IMG/VR virus record: IMGVR_UViG_3300044878_000087
Span: 130,432-194,431 of that record
Origin: a virus
Lineage: Duplodnaviria; Heunggongvirae; Uroviricota; Caudoviricetes
Reading direction: 5' to 3' (one strand)
Length of the DNA: 64,000 nt
The notes under the pieces are model-generated. The model searched no databases. It worked only from the letters and a program-made list of their open reading frames with translations, and was not told where the DNA came from. This document shows, piece after piece, positions 26,310 through 35,601 of the stretch. The first letter of the stretch is position 1. Each line of letters opens with the position of its first letter. Made by a program: the position numbers and the translations under genes.

Positions 26310-27012
26310 TCCTTTTGCGAAGGTCTTTGAGCATGGCGATACCCGCAGCATCCCACAGGTTGAATGCACAGAGCGTGGCGCAGTAATGCAATATTTCCGT
26401 AGTATGTTCACTTGCACGAGAAGCATGAATATCAACGCTTTCTTCATGTTCCTCGATAGCAGTAATCTGGAACTCTGCGGCTTTCAACCGTGCCAGCCCG
26501 ATAAGGGCCTGTTCACGTTCTTCATCAACCATGTTATCGAGCCAATGGGAGACCTGTCCCATCATGTCATCCCATTCGATATTGCCCACACGACCAATCG
26601 AAACCTGAGTAACATTGATTGGCCATGGCAGGAAGCAATTCGAGTAAGCCTCATGCAACACTTGGTATTTGTGAGCAGCAATCATTCGTGCAACAATGTT
26701 ATCTGGTTCTGCTGTCCGTACAACTTTGAATGGCGCACAAGCATTGCCATTTTCAGTGATACCATGATAACCGTAAGTATCACGGGAATTACCAACCATG
26801 TTTGCATTTGCCAACAGTTGGGCGTAATGTTCCGCTTCTTTCGGACTAGCGAAAACGATAACCCGAGAATCCATGGTAAACATGCGATGCAGATGGCGAT
26901 CCGCCTCATAGAACGTTTCCCACATGCCGAGAGAACCAGCTTCGTTGACATACGAACGGCGAGGAGCTTCACCACGGATTGGGGTATCGATGTAAACTAC
27001 GCATTGAGTCAT
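26284..27012 (-). CDS. hypothetical protein (242 aa)
   Basis: ORF. Confidence 0.55.
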   Translation of the reverse strand: MTQCVVYIDTPIRGEAPRRSYVNEAGSLGMWETFYEADRHLHRMFTMDSRVIVFASPKEAEHYAQLLANANMVGNSRDTYGYHGITENGNACAPFKVVRTAEPDNIVARMIAAHKYQVLHEAYSNCFLPWPINVTQVSIGRVGNIEWDDMMGQVSHWLDNMVDEEREQALIGLARLKAAEFQITAIEEHEESVDIHASRASEHTTEILHYCATLCAFNLWDAAGIAMLKDLRKRNEANVGAA

Positions 27013-27014
27013 TC

Positions 27015-27239
27015 TTAAATTACCTTGTTCTTTTCTTTATCAAAGATTACGTTAACGGAGAAGAAGCTGGCTACCGAAAACCGGTGAGGCCAGCCCATGG
27101 GTTTTGGATCAGGGATAACGATGTCATCGACGACAAAGCTAACCACATTGTTGTTGACCCGTACCAGACGATCTGGCATGTAAACTTTGGGTCCGTGCAG
27201 CGGGCATGTATCGTACACGCCATCAGCTAGTTTATTCAT
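27015..27239 (-). CDS. small hypothetical protein (74 aa)
   Basis: ORF. Confidence 0.4.
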   Translation of the reverse strand: MNKLADGVYDTCPLHGPKVYMPDRLVRVNNNVVSFVVDDIVIPDPKPMGWPHRFSVASFFSVNVIFDKEKNKVI

Positions 27240-27933
27240 AGCCGAAGCTCTTCGTAACGAATGGGATTTTGAAGTCCATCAAGTGATCCATGACCTTGTG
27301 GAATTCTTCTTCGTTAGTTGGGAGGAAGCGCAGCTCTTCACCGAGATTCCAGATGTACGGAACACCGGTATCTTCTTCGATCATCTCACAAACAGTCAGA
27401 GAACCTTTCTCTTTCCATTCGTAAGGATCTAGTGAGATCTCTTTACGTTGATGGACCATGAACTCTTTCTTGAGTTCGATCATCTCGATCACATACAACG
27501 CGTCATTACCGTCTTTCGGCAGATAGGTCATGTAACCTTCGGCCTTCTGGCATGGTTGGTAATGCCCTTCCATGTAGTTGTGGATCAGATCGACTTCTTG
27601 TGCAGCTTTGGTGTCGTACTGATTGAATCGCACGGTGATCGGTAGAGGATTACCCGCATTGTCCAACAGGTTCAGACGACGCTTAAGCAACTGGCGGAAG
27701 TGAATCCAGTTCCCTTGCCAGAGTTCAATGAACACGAACTCACCTTTCGGATCATGAGAACCACCCTGAAAGAATGCACCTGAACCTTCACGAGCTTTGT
27801 AGTACTCGCAATTGTAACGATTGGCATTCATGAATCGAGAGAAGATCTGATGGACCGACTCGGTAACATGTTTACCATGAATAAAGATACCTGGCCCTTT
27901 GCCCTGTACTGGACGAACTGGAATGGCGATCAT
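27232..27933 (-). CDS. hypothetical protein (233 aa)
   Basis: ORF. Confidence 0.55.
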   Translation of the reverse strand: MIAIPVRPVQGKGPGIFIHGKHVTESVHQIFSRFMNANRYNCEYYKAREGSGAFFQGGSHDPKGEFVFIELWQGNWIHFRQLLKRRLNLLDNAGNPLPITVRFNQYDTKAAQEVDLIHNYMEGHYQPCQKAEGYMTYLPKDGNDALYVIEMIELKKEFMVHQRKEISLDPYEWKEKGSLTVCEMIEEDTGVPYIWNLGEELRFLPTNEEEFHKVMDHLMDFKIPFVTKSFGYE

Positions 27934-28229
27934 GCTGCTTTCTCCGTAAATTGATACAGCCGAGAGTTAACCGTGGTATTAGCGCTACCCAGACGCTTAC
28001 GCGCCAACAGATGGACAGAGCGTTCCCATTGTTCATCTACTTTCAACAGCTTACGCATATCGGCCACAGGCATGCCCATCAACGAATCGATGACCTGCTT
28101 AGCTTCGGTACACGTATTGAACGTAATCGCATTACGCTCTTGTGGAGTTACTTTGATGCGACCACTTTCTTTACGGCCCAGATACATGTGATCTTTGCCG
28201 CGAACGATTTCGAGTACATATTCAGACAT
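27930..28229 (-). CDS. hypothetical protein (about 99 aa from MSEYVLEIVRGK)
   Basis: internal ATG forms a TGATG overlap with the upstream stop; the track start would overlap by 160 bp. Confidence 0.45.
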   Translation of the reverse strand: MSEYVLEIVRGKDHMYLGRKESGRIKVTPQERNAITFNTCTEAKQVIDSLMGMPVADMRKLLKVDEQWERSVHLLARKRLGSANTTVNSRLYQFTEKAA

Positions 28230-28735
28230 CAAGACATCTCCACAGAATGCAACACATACCAACCAGTAAACCAGCGGTAGTACCGCCGTTCTTCGATGAG
28301 TTCTACTACAACAGGACCTTGTTTCCAGTTGTGTGCAGTTTCCATCCATGCCAGCTTCTTGCATTCGTAATGAATGAATGCATCCCATGCACTACGATAA
28401 GTATCGAATACCCAGGCAAACCGAGGATACTTATTCAACCCACGAGTTAGGTGGGATACATCGGCAGGTGACATGACAGCCGAGTTTATAATAGCATGCC
28501 GCTCTTCTATATTCTCACATTGCTGTGCCAGATACGTGCACTTCCAACGCTTTTCATAACCGCTCCAGTCTTGGTAACGGAATCGTATCATGTAACGACG
28601 ATCGCCACCACTACCGGGCTTGTTGTTCATGCGTTCATCTTGCCAGTGTGCACCGATTGCCAACAAGGCAGTGCAAACACAGAAAAGTGCCATCGCACCA
28701 ATGAATATCCAGATCGGTTGGATGTTAGAAAACAT
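28229..28735 (-). CDS. membrane-anchored protein (168 aa)
   Basis: ORF with an N-terminal TM segment. Confidence 0.5.
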   Translation of the reverse strand: MFSNIQPIWIFIGAMALFCVCTALLAIGAHWQDERMNNKPGSGGDRRYMIRFRYQDWSGYEKRWKCTYLAQQCENIEERHAIINSAVMSPADVSHLTRGLNKYPRFAWVFDTYRSAWDAFIHYECKKLAWMETAHNWKQGPVVVELIEERRYYRWFTGWYVLHSVEMS

Positions 28736-28788
28736 TGCTTTTCCTTAATTTCACACAAAAAGAAAATGGGCCCCTGGTGGCCCACCTT

Positions 28789-29151
28789 TCAAGACTGAGT
28801 GTCTACCACAAGCTTCCGAAAACGCACGGAGGCTTTGTGATGGACATTGTCAGTCTTAAAGATGATGTGGTTGAAGCGGTTTGCAGCGAACCGTTTGGTT
28901 TCAGTGTCGAGGGTGTAGGTGAGGTTATCAAAACCTTCCTTCGCCCAAACTACACGAAAATTCAAATGGCCTTCTTTCACTTCCATGGTAATGCTGGAAA
29001 CATTGCGGCCTGGGTTTGCAGCGAAGAGTTCAAACAGCGGGGACTCTACGCCAAAAGATTCGTGGTATTGAGCTACCGATGCAGTCAGTTCTTTTTCAAA
29101 CTTTGCAATGTGCTTCGGCAGAGCTGCCGCAATCTGTTCTTTCGTAGGCAT
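28789..29151 (-). CDS. hypothetical protein (120 aa)
   Basis: RBS AGGAAG. Confidence 0.5.
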   Translation of the reverse strand: MPTKEQIAAALPKHIAKFEKELTASVAQYHESFGVESPLFELFAANPGRNVSSITMEVKEGHLNFRVVWAKEGFDNLTYTLDTETKRFAANRFNHIIFKTDNVHHKASVRFRKLVVDTQS

Positions 29152-29185
29152 AATGTTTTGCTTCCTAGTGTGTTAATCCATAAAA

Positions 29186-29205
29186 GTAATATAGGCCTTT
29201 AAAAG
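29186..29205 (-). promoter_or_regulatory. minus-strand sigma70-like promoter TTGATT-N17-TATATT (core CCTATATTAC)
   Basis: between terminator 29249 and the ATG at 29151. Confidence 0.45.
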
Positions 29206-29248
29206 TTTTAAATCAAGCTTTATTTGCAATAAAAAAAGACAGCATAAG

Positions 29249-29266
29249 GCCTCCCCGAAGGGAGGC
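29249..29266 (-). terminator. hairpin GCCTCCC-UUCG-GGGAGGC followed by TTATGCTGTCTTTTTTTATTGC
   Basis: GC stem plus a U-run, 7 nt after the stop of the 29274 gene. Confidence 0.5.
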
Positions 29267-29273
29267 ACTTATG

Positions 29274-29813
29274 TTAGGCTGTAACGTTAACAGTCTTGGT
29301 GACGCTGTACTTGCCAGCTTCAGAGACAGTGATAACGGAGCTACCGGTAGCAACACCAGTAACCAGACCACTACCCGATACAGTGGCCTTAGCCGGAGTA
29401 CCAGAACTGAAGGTTGGGCTAGGAGTGTACGGCGCGCCGTTCTTGGTAACAGTCACGACCAGTTGTACTGTTCCGCCAGTAGCCACAGATGGGTTAGTTG
29501 GGGTAACAGTTGCTACATAGACGTCAACCTTCGGATTAACCTGGAAGGAAACGACCACGCGCTTAGGTTCTTGTGCAACGATAACTTCATTCCAGCCAGC
29601 AGCTTCGATAGCAGCTTTCAGAGAAGCTTGAGCAGCTACGGTCAGTTGAACACCATCAACAATAACGCGCAGAGCAGGGTTATCGATTTCGTCATTGGTG
29701 ACGTAGTCGACAGTACGCTGAGCAGTCAGGTGTTCGTTGATCGCAGCTTCGATCGGAGTAAGGTCAAGTGCAACACGTGCAGCAATAGCGGCAGCTTTAT
29801 TCAGAATAGCCAT
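29274..29813 (-). CDS. Ig-like (Big_2-type) domain protein; possible virion decoration protein
   Basis: C-terminal TVTPTNPSV..G.TVQL...V......VT..SS....A.V...G..TGVA.G...ITV pattern; RBS AAGGAG before MAILNK. Confidence 0.6.
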   Translation of the reverse strand: MAILNKAAAIAARVALDLTPIEAAINEHLTAQRTVDYVTNDEIDNPALRVIVDGVQLTVAAQASLKAAIEAAGWNEVIVAQEPKRVVVSFQVNPKVDVYVATVTPTNPSVATGGTVQLVVTVTKNGAPYTPSPTFSSGTPAKATVSGSGLVTGVATGSSVITVSEAGKYSVTKTVNVTA

Positions 29814-29872
29814 ATCGGGCTCCTTGTAATCACAGCACCTACGGATGTAGATACATAAGATCACACAGATCC

Positions 29873-30241
29873 TTAGCTATTAATGTAGCCTACCCAGCGG
29901 TCAGTCATCGAAATCATGTCTGGCCCGTGGTCAGTGATCTGAACGTTGAGCATTCGATCGTCACCATCGATCAACAACACGTTCTTGGTATCAATGGCAT
30001 TGAATACACATTCAACACCACGATTCAGTCCAGACCGAAAAGCCTGTGACATGGTTGAACCTTTATCAAACTTCGGTGGGTTCTGATCCAGCACATTCGC
30101 TTGAACCTCAGCAAAGAAGAATCCACGTGCCATCTCAGATTCTTCTTCGAGTTCTTTTTCCATCTCGGCAACCATGGCGTAAGCTTTTTCAAGCTCTTCC
30201 TTGGTTACCTTTGAACGACTATTCACAGGCAGAGTCCTCAA
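29873..30241 (-). CDS. hypothetical protein (122 aa)
   Basis: ORF. Confidence 0.5.
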   Translation of the reverse strand: MRTLPVNSRSKVTKEELEKAYAMVAEMEKELEEESEMARGFFFAEVQANVLDQNPPKFDKGSTMSQAFRSGLNRGVECVFNAIDTKNVLLIDGDDRMLNVQITDHGPDMISMTDRWVGYINS

Positions 30242-30680
30242 TGATCGGTTCGATCTCAGTGATGCTGATGCGGTTGTAGACTACTTGCAACGCAATCTGT
30301 CCGCCTTCGAGTTGCTCCAGATCCATACCGAAATCATAAGCAACCAAATCCTTTTCATGGGATTCATCTTTACCATCCAGCGAATTAGCTGAACGAGCAA
30401 AGGTATCGACTACGGAGAAACGACCGAGATTTTCAGCATGGTCATATTCTAGGCAGATCGGTGTTTCTAGCTTAGCTACGGTGTCAATGCCATGACGTTT
30501 GTAGCGGAACCCTGTCAACCAAGTGGGTTTAGGAGTGTGAACAATATCGGGGAAATCATTATCAACCCACTCCTTCAGGCCAGCGCCGGTAGCACTGATA
30601 AAACCTACCCAGGTATAGTAGGCGGCGATTCCAACGATTACGATTGCAGCAAGGGTAAGTACGGGAGCAGCGGTCAACAT
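30219..30680 (-). CDS. membrane-anchored protein (153 aa)
   Basis: ORF with an N-terminal TM segment. Confidence 0.5.
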   Translation of the reverse strand: MLTAAPVLTLAAIVIVGIAAYYTWVGFISATGAGLKEWVDNDFPDIVHTPKPTWLTGFRYKRHGIDTVAKLETPICLEYDHAENLGRFSVVDTFARSANSLDGKDESHEKDLVAYDFGMDLEQLEGGQIALQVVYNRISITEIEPIIEDSACE

Positions 30681-30847
30681 TGTTTTTCCTTGGGGTCAGC
30701 TGAGACCAGTAGTAGTGGCGATTGCGATGTACAGTGCTCCAATTAGAGCTAACCCGAGTGGGTTACGATACTCATAGAAGAAGGCGATAAGCTTTTGTTT
30801 CATGTTGGTGTTCCGATGGTTGTTACATACGAGTAGCCGGCAAGTAT

Positions 30848-31129
30848 TTATTCCTCAGAACGTTTACGCATGATTACATCTCGAAGAGTCTGAGGATCAT
30901 CCATTTCAGCCGAGTAGGCAAACTCATGCCACTTCTCATAGATTTCCATGGGGATATGACCAGCTTCAGCCATGGTGCGATACCCAAGAGTAATCCCTAA
31001 GATAGTACCGTGTCGTGTGCCATCATTGTAAGCTGCTGAGATGGGATTTGTTTGTCCCGATCGATCCGCATAGGCTACCCCTTGCGATTCTATGATCATG
31101 TCATGGAACAGGTCTCTGTAATCGGTCAT
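30848..31129 (-). CDS. hypothetical protein (93 aa)
   Basis: ORF. Confidence 0.45.
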   Translation of the reverse strand: MTDYRDLFHDMIIESQGVAYADRSGQTNPISAAYNDGTRHGTILGITLGYRTMAEAGHIPMEIYEKWHEFAYSAEMDDPQTLRDVIMRKRSEE

Positions 31130-31157
31130 GCAACCTCACAAAAGAAAACAACAGAAA

Positions 31158-31177
31158 GCCTACCCCGAAGGGTAGGC
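31158..31177 (-). terminator. hairpin GCCTACCC-UUCG-GGGTAGGC followed by TTTCTGTTGTTTTC
   Basis: after the stop of the 31186 gene. Confidence 0.45.
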
Positions 31178-31185
31178 AGTCTATG

Positions 31186-31542
31186 TTACGAGTTGATCGA
31201 TGCTGCGAATGCTTCAGCAAGACTGACGCTACTGTACGTATCGTCTTCATGACCGGTAAGGTTGATGCAGGAATCGTCAGCGAAGACCGCTAGGTCAAAC
31301 TTGTCGATAGTCTGCATCACAACAGCCGCACCTTCACGCAACCCAACCCGATGAGCTGTGCCAGCCTCTGGATTGTCTGCAAAGAACGTGCCGCTATTAC
31401 CTTTAGCCATCAAGCCTTCAACCACAGCACCCATGAAGAGATTGCGGTTGGTAGTTCGATCATGTTCATCTTGCTTTCGGCGATCCGACAACATGCCGAT
31501 AGCTTTTTCAAGACTATCTGACATCTTGATTAGATCACTCAT
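31186..31542 (-). CDS. hypothetical protein (118 aa)
   Basis: ORF. Confidence 0.5.
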   Translation of the reverse strand: MSDLIKMSDSLEKAIGMLSDRRKQDEHDRTTNRNLFMGAVVEGLMAKGNSGTFFADNPEAGTAHRVGLREGAAVVMQTIDKFDLAVFADDSCINLTGHEDDTYSSVSLAEAFAASINS

Positions 31543-32405
31543 TACTTGTTGAAGATGCGCTGGGACAGACCGGTGTTGCCCAGAGCCTCGTAAGGCACGA
31601 ACACAGCAGCTTTGTTCTCAGCCATTTGTGCTTGGACGTCCAGAGCTTTGTAAGCCAGCAGCATTGGGCTCAGGCCATCGGCAGTGATGGCGTTCGAGTC
31701 ACGCAGGGTACGAGCTTTGGTCAGTTCGATATCGCGATCCAGTTGTGCCAGGGCCAGTTGGTTGGTACGCTTGGTGGTCTCGATGGCTTGCTGGTTGGTT
31801 TCGGTTTCGATAGCCAGACGACGTTCCGATTGCTTCTCGATAGCCGAGGTGATCACTTCTGGGTAACGCAGGCCACCCAGAGTAATGTTGGAAACTTCCA
31901 GTGGAGAGTTCACCATTGCTTTGGTCAGACGTTCAGCCAGTTCGGAAGTGATGGTATCGAAGTTAGCGCCAACTTCTTCGGTCTTGTATTTGCCGACAAC
32001 CGAACGAGCAGTGGATTGCACTACGTCCAGACCATACACGCCATAGACTTGTTGCAGGGTGACACGCTTGTCCTTGACTTGAATGTCGTTGAACATGGCG
32101 TTCAGGACTTTCTCGTTACCGCCGATGCGAGTACGGAACTTCACATCGAAGGTCAGGTCGAGCTTGTCTTCCATCTTCACGGTGATGGTTTCAGCAACGG
32201 TACGAGTACCGGTTTCCAGCAGGACCAGTTCATCACGACCCCACAGAGTCGTTTTGCCTGGTTCCAGAATTTCTTTGTTGTAGCCAGTGGTGGTCAGCAC
32301 CTTACCTTTGAAAGCAGGAGGGATGACTTCGAACGAGCAGCCTTGCAGTGCAATGACAGCGACCATAGCGAGTGCAGCGGATTTGATTACAGACAACAGT
32401 TTCAT
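31542..32405 (-). CDS. SPFH/Band-7 (prohibitin/HflKC-like) domain lipoprotein
   Basis: signal peptide with lipobox LQGC; SPFH-like core followed by a coiled-coil tail. Confidence 0.7.
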   Translation of the reverse strand: MKLLSVIKSAALAMVAVIALQGCSFEVIPPAFKGKVLTTTGYNKEILEPGKTTLWGRDELVLLETGTRTVAETITVKMEDKLDLTFDVKFRTRIGGNEKVLNAMFNDIQVKDKRVTLQQVYGVYGLDVVQSTARSVVGKYKTEEVGANFDTITSELAERLTKAMVNSPLEVSNITLGGLRYPEVITSAIEKQSERRLAIETETNQQAIETTKRTNQLALAQLDRDIELTKARTLRDSNAITADGLSPMLLAYKALDVQAQMAENKAAVFVPYEALGNTGLSQRIFNK

Positions 32406-32443
32406 GCAGCTTTTCCTTTTGAATTCGATTTGTGTGCAGCTAA

Positions 32444-32788
32444 TTACTTGTTGAGGTTACCAGCGTCAATTTCTTTACGCAGTGCAGCGGCAGCATCTTT
32501 TGCAGATTGTGGGGAGGCAGCTTCTACCTTCACCCGTTCAGTCTTTTCGGTCAGTGTACCAACCTGATCGAAACGAGCGCGGTCACCTTCGACGTTGTGG
32601 ATACCAACGTTAACAAACGTGAGCAGCCAGATCAACGGCAGGAAGAACGCAGCCAGCCAACGATTGCGTCGAGTGAACCATTTCATCCATTCCGCTTTGG
32701 TGCGGATCAACCAGGTACAGAGTACGATGAGGAACACAACGCCCATGATCGCACCGATAACGCTACCTTGCCAGTATACTGGAAACAT
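32444..32788 (-). CDS. small two-TM membrane protein (114 aa) upstream of the SPFH gene; possible NfeD-like partner
   Basis: hydrophobic N-terminal half; adjacent to the SPFH gene. Confidence 0.5.
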   Translation of the reverse strand: MFPVYWQGSVIGAIMGVVFLIVLCTWLIRTKAEWMKWFTRRNRWLAAFFLPLIWLLTFVNVGIHNVEGDRARFDQVGTLTEKTERVKVEAASPQSAKDAAAALRKEIDAGNLNK

Positions 32789-32797
32789 CTTGAGTCC

Positions 32798-33067
32798 TTA
32801 CGAGTTGATTGCAACAGCCCATTGTTCACCGAGATCACTTACGATCGGACCAGCTAGACCATCATCCATTTTCAGATGCCAGTAGCCAGCCATGTCAATA
32901 GTGACAAGCGTTTGATGTGTTGCCCGATTAGCGATATTGTCCATTGCAGCGAGAACTGTTTCTTTGGTATAATTACCATCGAGTTCTTTCAGTTCATCAC
33001 AAACAATCTCATCGCGATTGTTCTTGAGGGATTGGAGTATGTTCGCTACAGTTCCGTTAACATCCAT
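32798..33067 (-). CDS. hypothetical protein (89 aa)
   Basis: ORF. Confidence 0.45.
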   Translation of the reverse strand: MDVNGTVANILQSLKNNRDEIVCDELKELDGNYTKETVLAAMDNIANRATHQTLVTIDMAGYWHLKMDDGLAGPIVSDLGEQWAVAINS

Positions 33068-33597
33068 CAGGAGTTAACTGCTTCGGCCCAGGACTCGGAC
33101 AGAGCGGTCGACAGACCTTGAACAGTTGCAATGCCACCGGAAGCGAAAGCTTCTTCCAGAACGACGACAGTGCCGATGATGGCAGTGTTGACTGCTTCTG
33201 TTTTGTCTTCTACAGCGAGAGCTTCATTACGCAGATCGTTGATAGCGATAACTACGATTGCGTTGTTGGTTTCGGTGGTGTTGGTGGCTTGAGCTTCGTT
33301 CACGACATGATTCCTTGTTTGGGTATCCCAGAGGTTCAGATGAACACCCCAGAGTTCGGTATGGCTTGCGACCATAGCTACGTGGTTGTTGATTGTGCAT
33401 GCTGCATCGGTAATGGCGTCTTGGACGGCACCACGGATTACTGCATGGTATTGCATGGGCAAGTGATTTTTTGCACGAGCAACAATTACATCTCGTTGTC
33501 GTTGCAAGCTTTCACGGAGTGGTTGCAGTGCGTATGACGGTTCTTCATATGCAGTCCATGAGATGCTACCGTCACGAGGAGGATGAGGGATACCCAT
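33067..33597 (-). CDS. hypothetical protein (about 176 aa from MGIPHPP)
   Basis: the track start is a GTG that overlaps its neighbour by 77 bp; the internal ATG has an AAAGAG RBS. Confidence 0.5.
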   Translation of the reverse strand: MGIPHPPRDGSISWTAYEEPSYALQPLRESLQRQRDVIVARAKNHLPMQYHAVIRGAVQDAITDAACTINNHVAMVASHTELWGVHLNLWDTQTRNHVVNEAQATNTTETNNAIVVIAINDLRNEALAVEDKTEAVNTAIIGTVVVLEEAFASGGIATVQGLSTALSESWAEAVNS

Positions 33598-33667
33598 GTC
33601 GACAAGCTCTTTGGCAATGTCGTATTCAAGAGCATCTTCATCATCGTCCTTTAACTGATCCCACCAT

Positions 33668-33922
33668 TCAGACTTGCTTGGTAGGGGTTGTAAAGGCAAG
33701 GATGTCCTCCAGGGATCGTTTCTCTTCAGCCCGATTGATCGCACCCATAGCTTCTTCGATGCGACCTTTGGTACCGATGAAAATAATCCCAGCTTTGGTC
33801 AAGGCATCCAGCGTAGCTTCTACACCAGGTGCCAACCTTTCGAATTCATCTTCATCCAAAGATCTTGCCCACTCGATTAGTTCACGAGCAGCAATATCGA
33901 TCTCTGATTGACGATGACCCAT
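33668..33922 (-). CDS. hypothetical protein (84 aa)
   Basis: ORF. Confidence 0.45.
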   Translation of the reverse strand: MGHRQSEIDIAARELIEWARSLDEDEFERLAPGVEATLDALTKAGIIFIGTKGRIEEAMGAINRAEEKRSLEDILAFTTPTKQV

Positions 33923-34182
33923 TACGAGTTCACTTCTTCGATGAAACGATCAGCAGCACCCATGAACTCGGTAGCGCAACCACCTGCAGATACTTCCAGG
34001 CAGAAGGCGTTCTCGTAAGTACGAGCGGTTTCAGCGATAGCGTGAATCACAGCTTGTTGCTGAGGCATTGCTTCTGCCTCGATGCGAATGCCGATCAGGC
34101 TATCCAGAATTTCTTTTTGCTTGTTGTCATTGGCTTCAGCTACACCAGTGATCAGTTCTTCAGCGTTGTCGATAGTGCTCAT
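33922..34182 (-). CDS. hypothetical protein (86 aa)
   Basis: ORF, coupled. Confidence 0.45.
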   Translation of the reverse strand: MSTIDNAEELITGVAEANDNKQKEILDSLIGIRIEAEAMPQQQAVIHAIAETARTYENAFCLEVSAGGCATEFMGAADRFIEEVNS

Positions 34183-34191
34183 TGCAGTTCC

Positions 34192-34485
34192 TTACGAATT
34201 GATTGCATCGATGTAAGCTTCCGATAACTCTTCATTATCGAAAAATGGTTGACAACCCAGTTCTACTCCCGGTGGTGAGTGCGGGAAGATCTGAGCTTGA
34301 GATTCGATGACTTGCAGCGTCAGTAAGGTAGCATCTTGCAATGCGCCCTTGACAGCTACGGCTTGCTCGATAGTGAAAGCGAGGTCTTGGTCATCAAGTC
34401 TTTCTTGAACTTGTTGGTTTGCATCTAACAGATCACCAAGCAGCTTTTCGCGTGCATTGATCATCCCGGTGCTACGTGCGGTCAT
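34192..34485 (-). CDS. hypothetical protein (97 aa)
   Basis: ORF. Confidence 0.45.
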   Translation of the reverse strand: MTARSTGMINAREKLLGDLLDANQQVQERLDDQDLAFTIEQAVAVKGALQDATLLTLQVIESQAQIFPHSPPGVELGCQPFFDNEELSEAYIDAINS

Positions 34486-34664
34486 ACGCGTACATCCACG
34501 AGGTATTCAGGGTTAGGCTTGAGTTCCAGGCGATCCTTCTGTTGGATGGGTTCAGGTAGTTCCTTCGTTTCAGGTAGGTGACGGTTGGCAATCAACGCGC
34601 CGCCCATCACACTAGCTAAGACTTCTTCAAACGACAGGTTCTCTGGGAACTGGTCTTTTGCCAT
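34482..34664 (-). CDS. small hypothetical protein (60 aa)
   Basis: ORF. Confidence 0.35.
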   Translation of the reverse strand: MAKDQFPENLSFEEVLASVMGGALIANRHLPETKELPEPIQQKDRLELKPNPEYLVDVRV

Positions 34665-34965
34665 GTTCTATGTCCTCTCCATGTAGCCAACTGAGAACGA
34701 TTTCGTCCTCATCTGTTAGCGAACCCACGTATAAAATTCTTGCTTCACCATCGAAACAGAATTGATACGGGGTGGTTCCTTCCTTTTTGATGAGCCATTT
34801 GCGACGTTTGGTTACATGCTCTTCACAGGACTCATAGAAGCGCCCACAAGCTTGTGTAACGATGTATTCACCCGGTAGGGGTATATGGTTCGGCGTTAGC
34901 CACCAGAACTCGTTACGCAGTCTTTTGAGTTGTTTCTCTAATACATCGCAAATGTCTATCGTCAT
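34627..34965 (-). CDS. hypothetical protein (112 aa)
   Basis: ORF. Confidence 0.45.
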   Translation of the reverse strand: MTIDICDVLEKQLKRLRNEFWWLTPNHIPLPGEYIVTQACGRFYESCEEHVTKRRKWLIKKEGTTPYQFCFDGEARILYVGSLTDEDEIVLSWLHGEDIEHGKRPVPREPVV

Positions 34966-35261
34966 ACTACCATTTCAGTAGGAGTAGGGACAGCAGGGAG
35001 ATTACCGATTGCAACCCAACCCAACGAATTACGATCAGAGTTCAGTGCCACGATACGACGTGCTTCAGCATCCGGTACCAACAGGTACTGGAAGTAATCA
35101 CCGCGATCAGAGAATGCCCATACTTCCATGCCCTGAGCTTTCATCAGCTCCATGAACTTGGTTTCGGTTTCTTTGTCGTCTTTGCGGAACGAACACAATA
35201 CATCACCAGGACGGAATGTGTCATTAGTAGCCAAATCAATCACGGAGACGCGCCTCTTCAT
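34962..35261 (-). CDS. hypothetical protein (about 99 aa from MKRRVSVIDL)
   Basis: the track start would overlap by 233 bp; the internal ATG is more plausible. Confidence 0.45.
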   Translation of the reverse strand: MKRRVSVIDLATNDTFRPGDVLCSFRKDDKETETKFMELMKAQGMEVWAFSDRGDYFQYLLVPDAEARRIVALNSDRNSLGWVAIGNLPAVPTPTEMVV

Positions 35262-35601
35262 CTTTATCAACTTGTGCCCAGTATGCTTCATAAAGAGCAA
35301 CTGGTGGCAGAGTGTACTCGATAGCAGTCGTGCGGTTGTCGGTACCGGGACCATCGAATAGTTCGATGTCAATAAAGCCCAGTGCCCGAAGTTCTCGAAC
35401 GATCTTCTCACCGGCCATGGATGAGCTACGGATGTCAACTGGATGGTAAACGATGAACACCAGGCCATCGTGGGTAATGCGGTCAGGTTGCGGAACAGGC
35501 TTCTGGTAGTGCTTATCCATCACCAGCTTCACTACTTCATTAGCGACTGATTCCTGGATATCGTTAACCAGTTTATCTGCATCGGGATACATGTGGCACA
35601 T
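35236..35601 (-). CDS. hypothetical protein (121 aa)
   Basis: ORF. Confidence 0.5.
   Translation of the reverse strand: MCHMYPDADKLVNDIQESVANEVVKLVMDKHYQKPVPQPDRITHDGLVFIVYHPVDIRSSSMAGEKIVRELRALGFIDIELFDGPGTDNRTTAIEYTLPPVALYEAYWAQVDKDEEARLRD

Noticed and set aside
23340-27018. Long plus-strand ORFs (23340-24101, 26206-27018 and others) inside the minus-strand array
   Set aside because: They overlap several coupled - strand genes and have low-complexity Ser/Arg-rich composition; they are most likely antisense artefacts. The same applies to 44902-46120, 46151-46798, 47018-48319, 51568-52140, 52192-52828 and 61125-61676.
31626-32567. 313-aa plus-strand ORF antisense to the SPFH gene
   Set aside because: It is antisense to a gene with signal peptide, lipobox and SPFH features; no RBS.
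33067-33744. GTG start for the 33067 gene as listed in the ORF track
   Set aside because: It would overlap the upstream gene by 77 bp, whereas an internal ATG (33597) has an AAAGAG RBS and gives no overlap.
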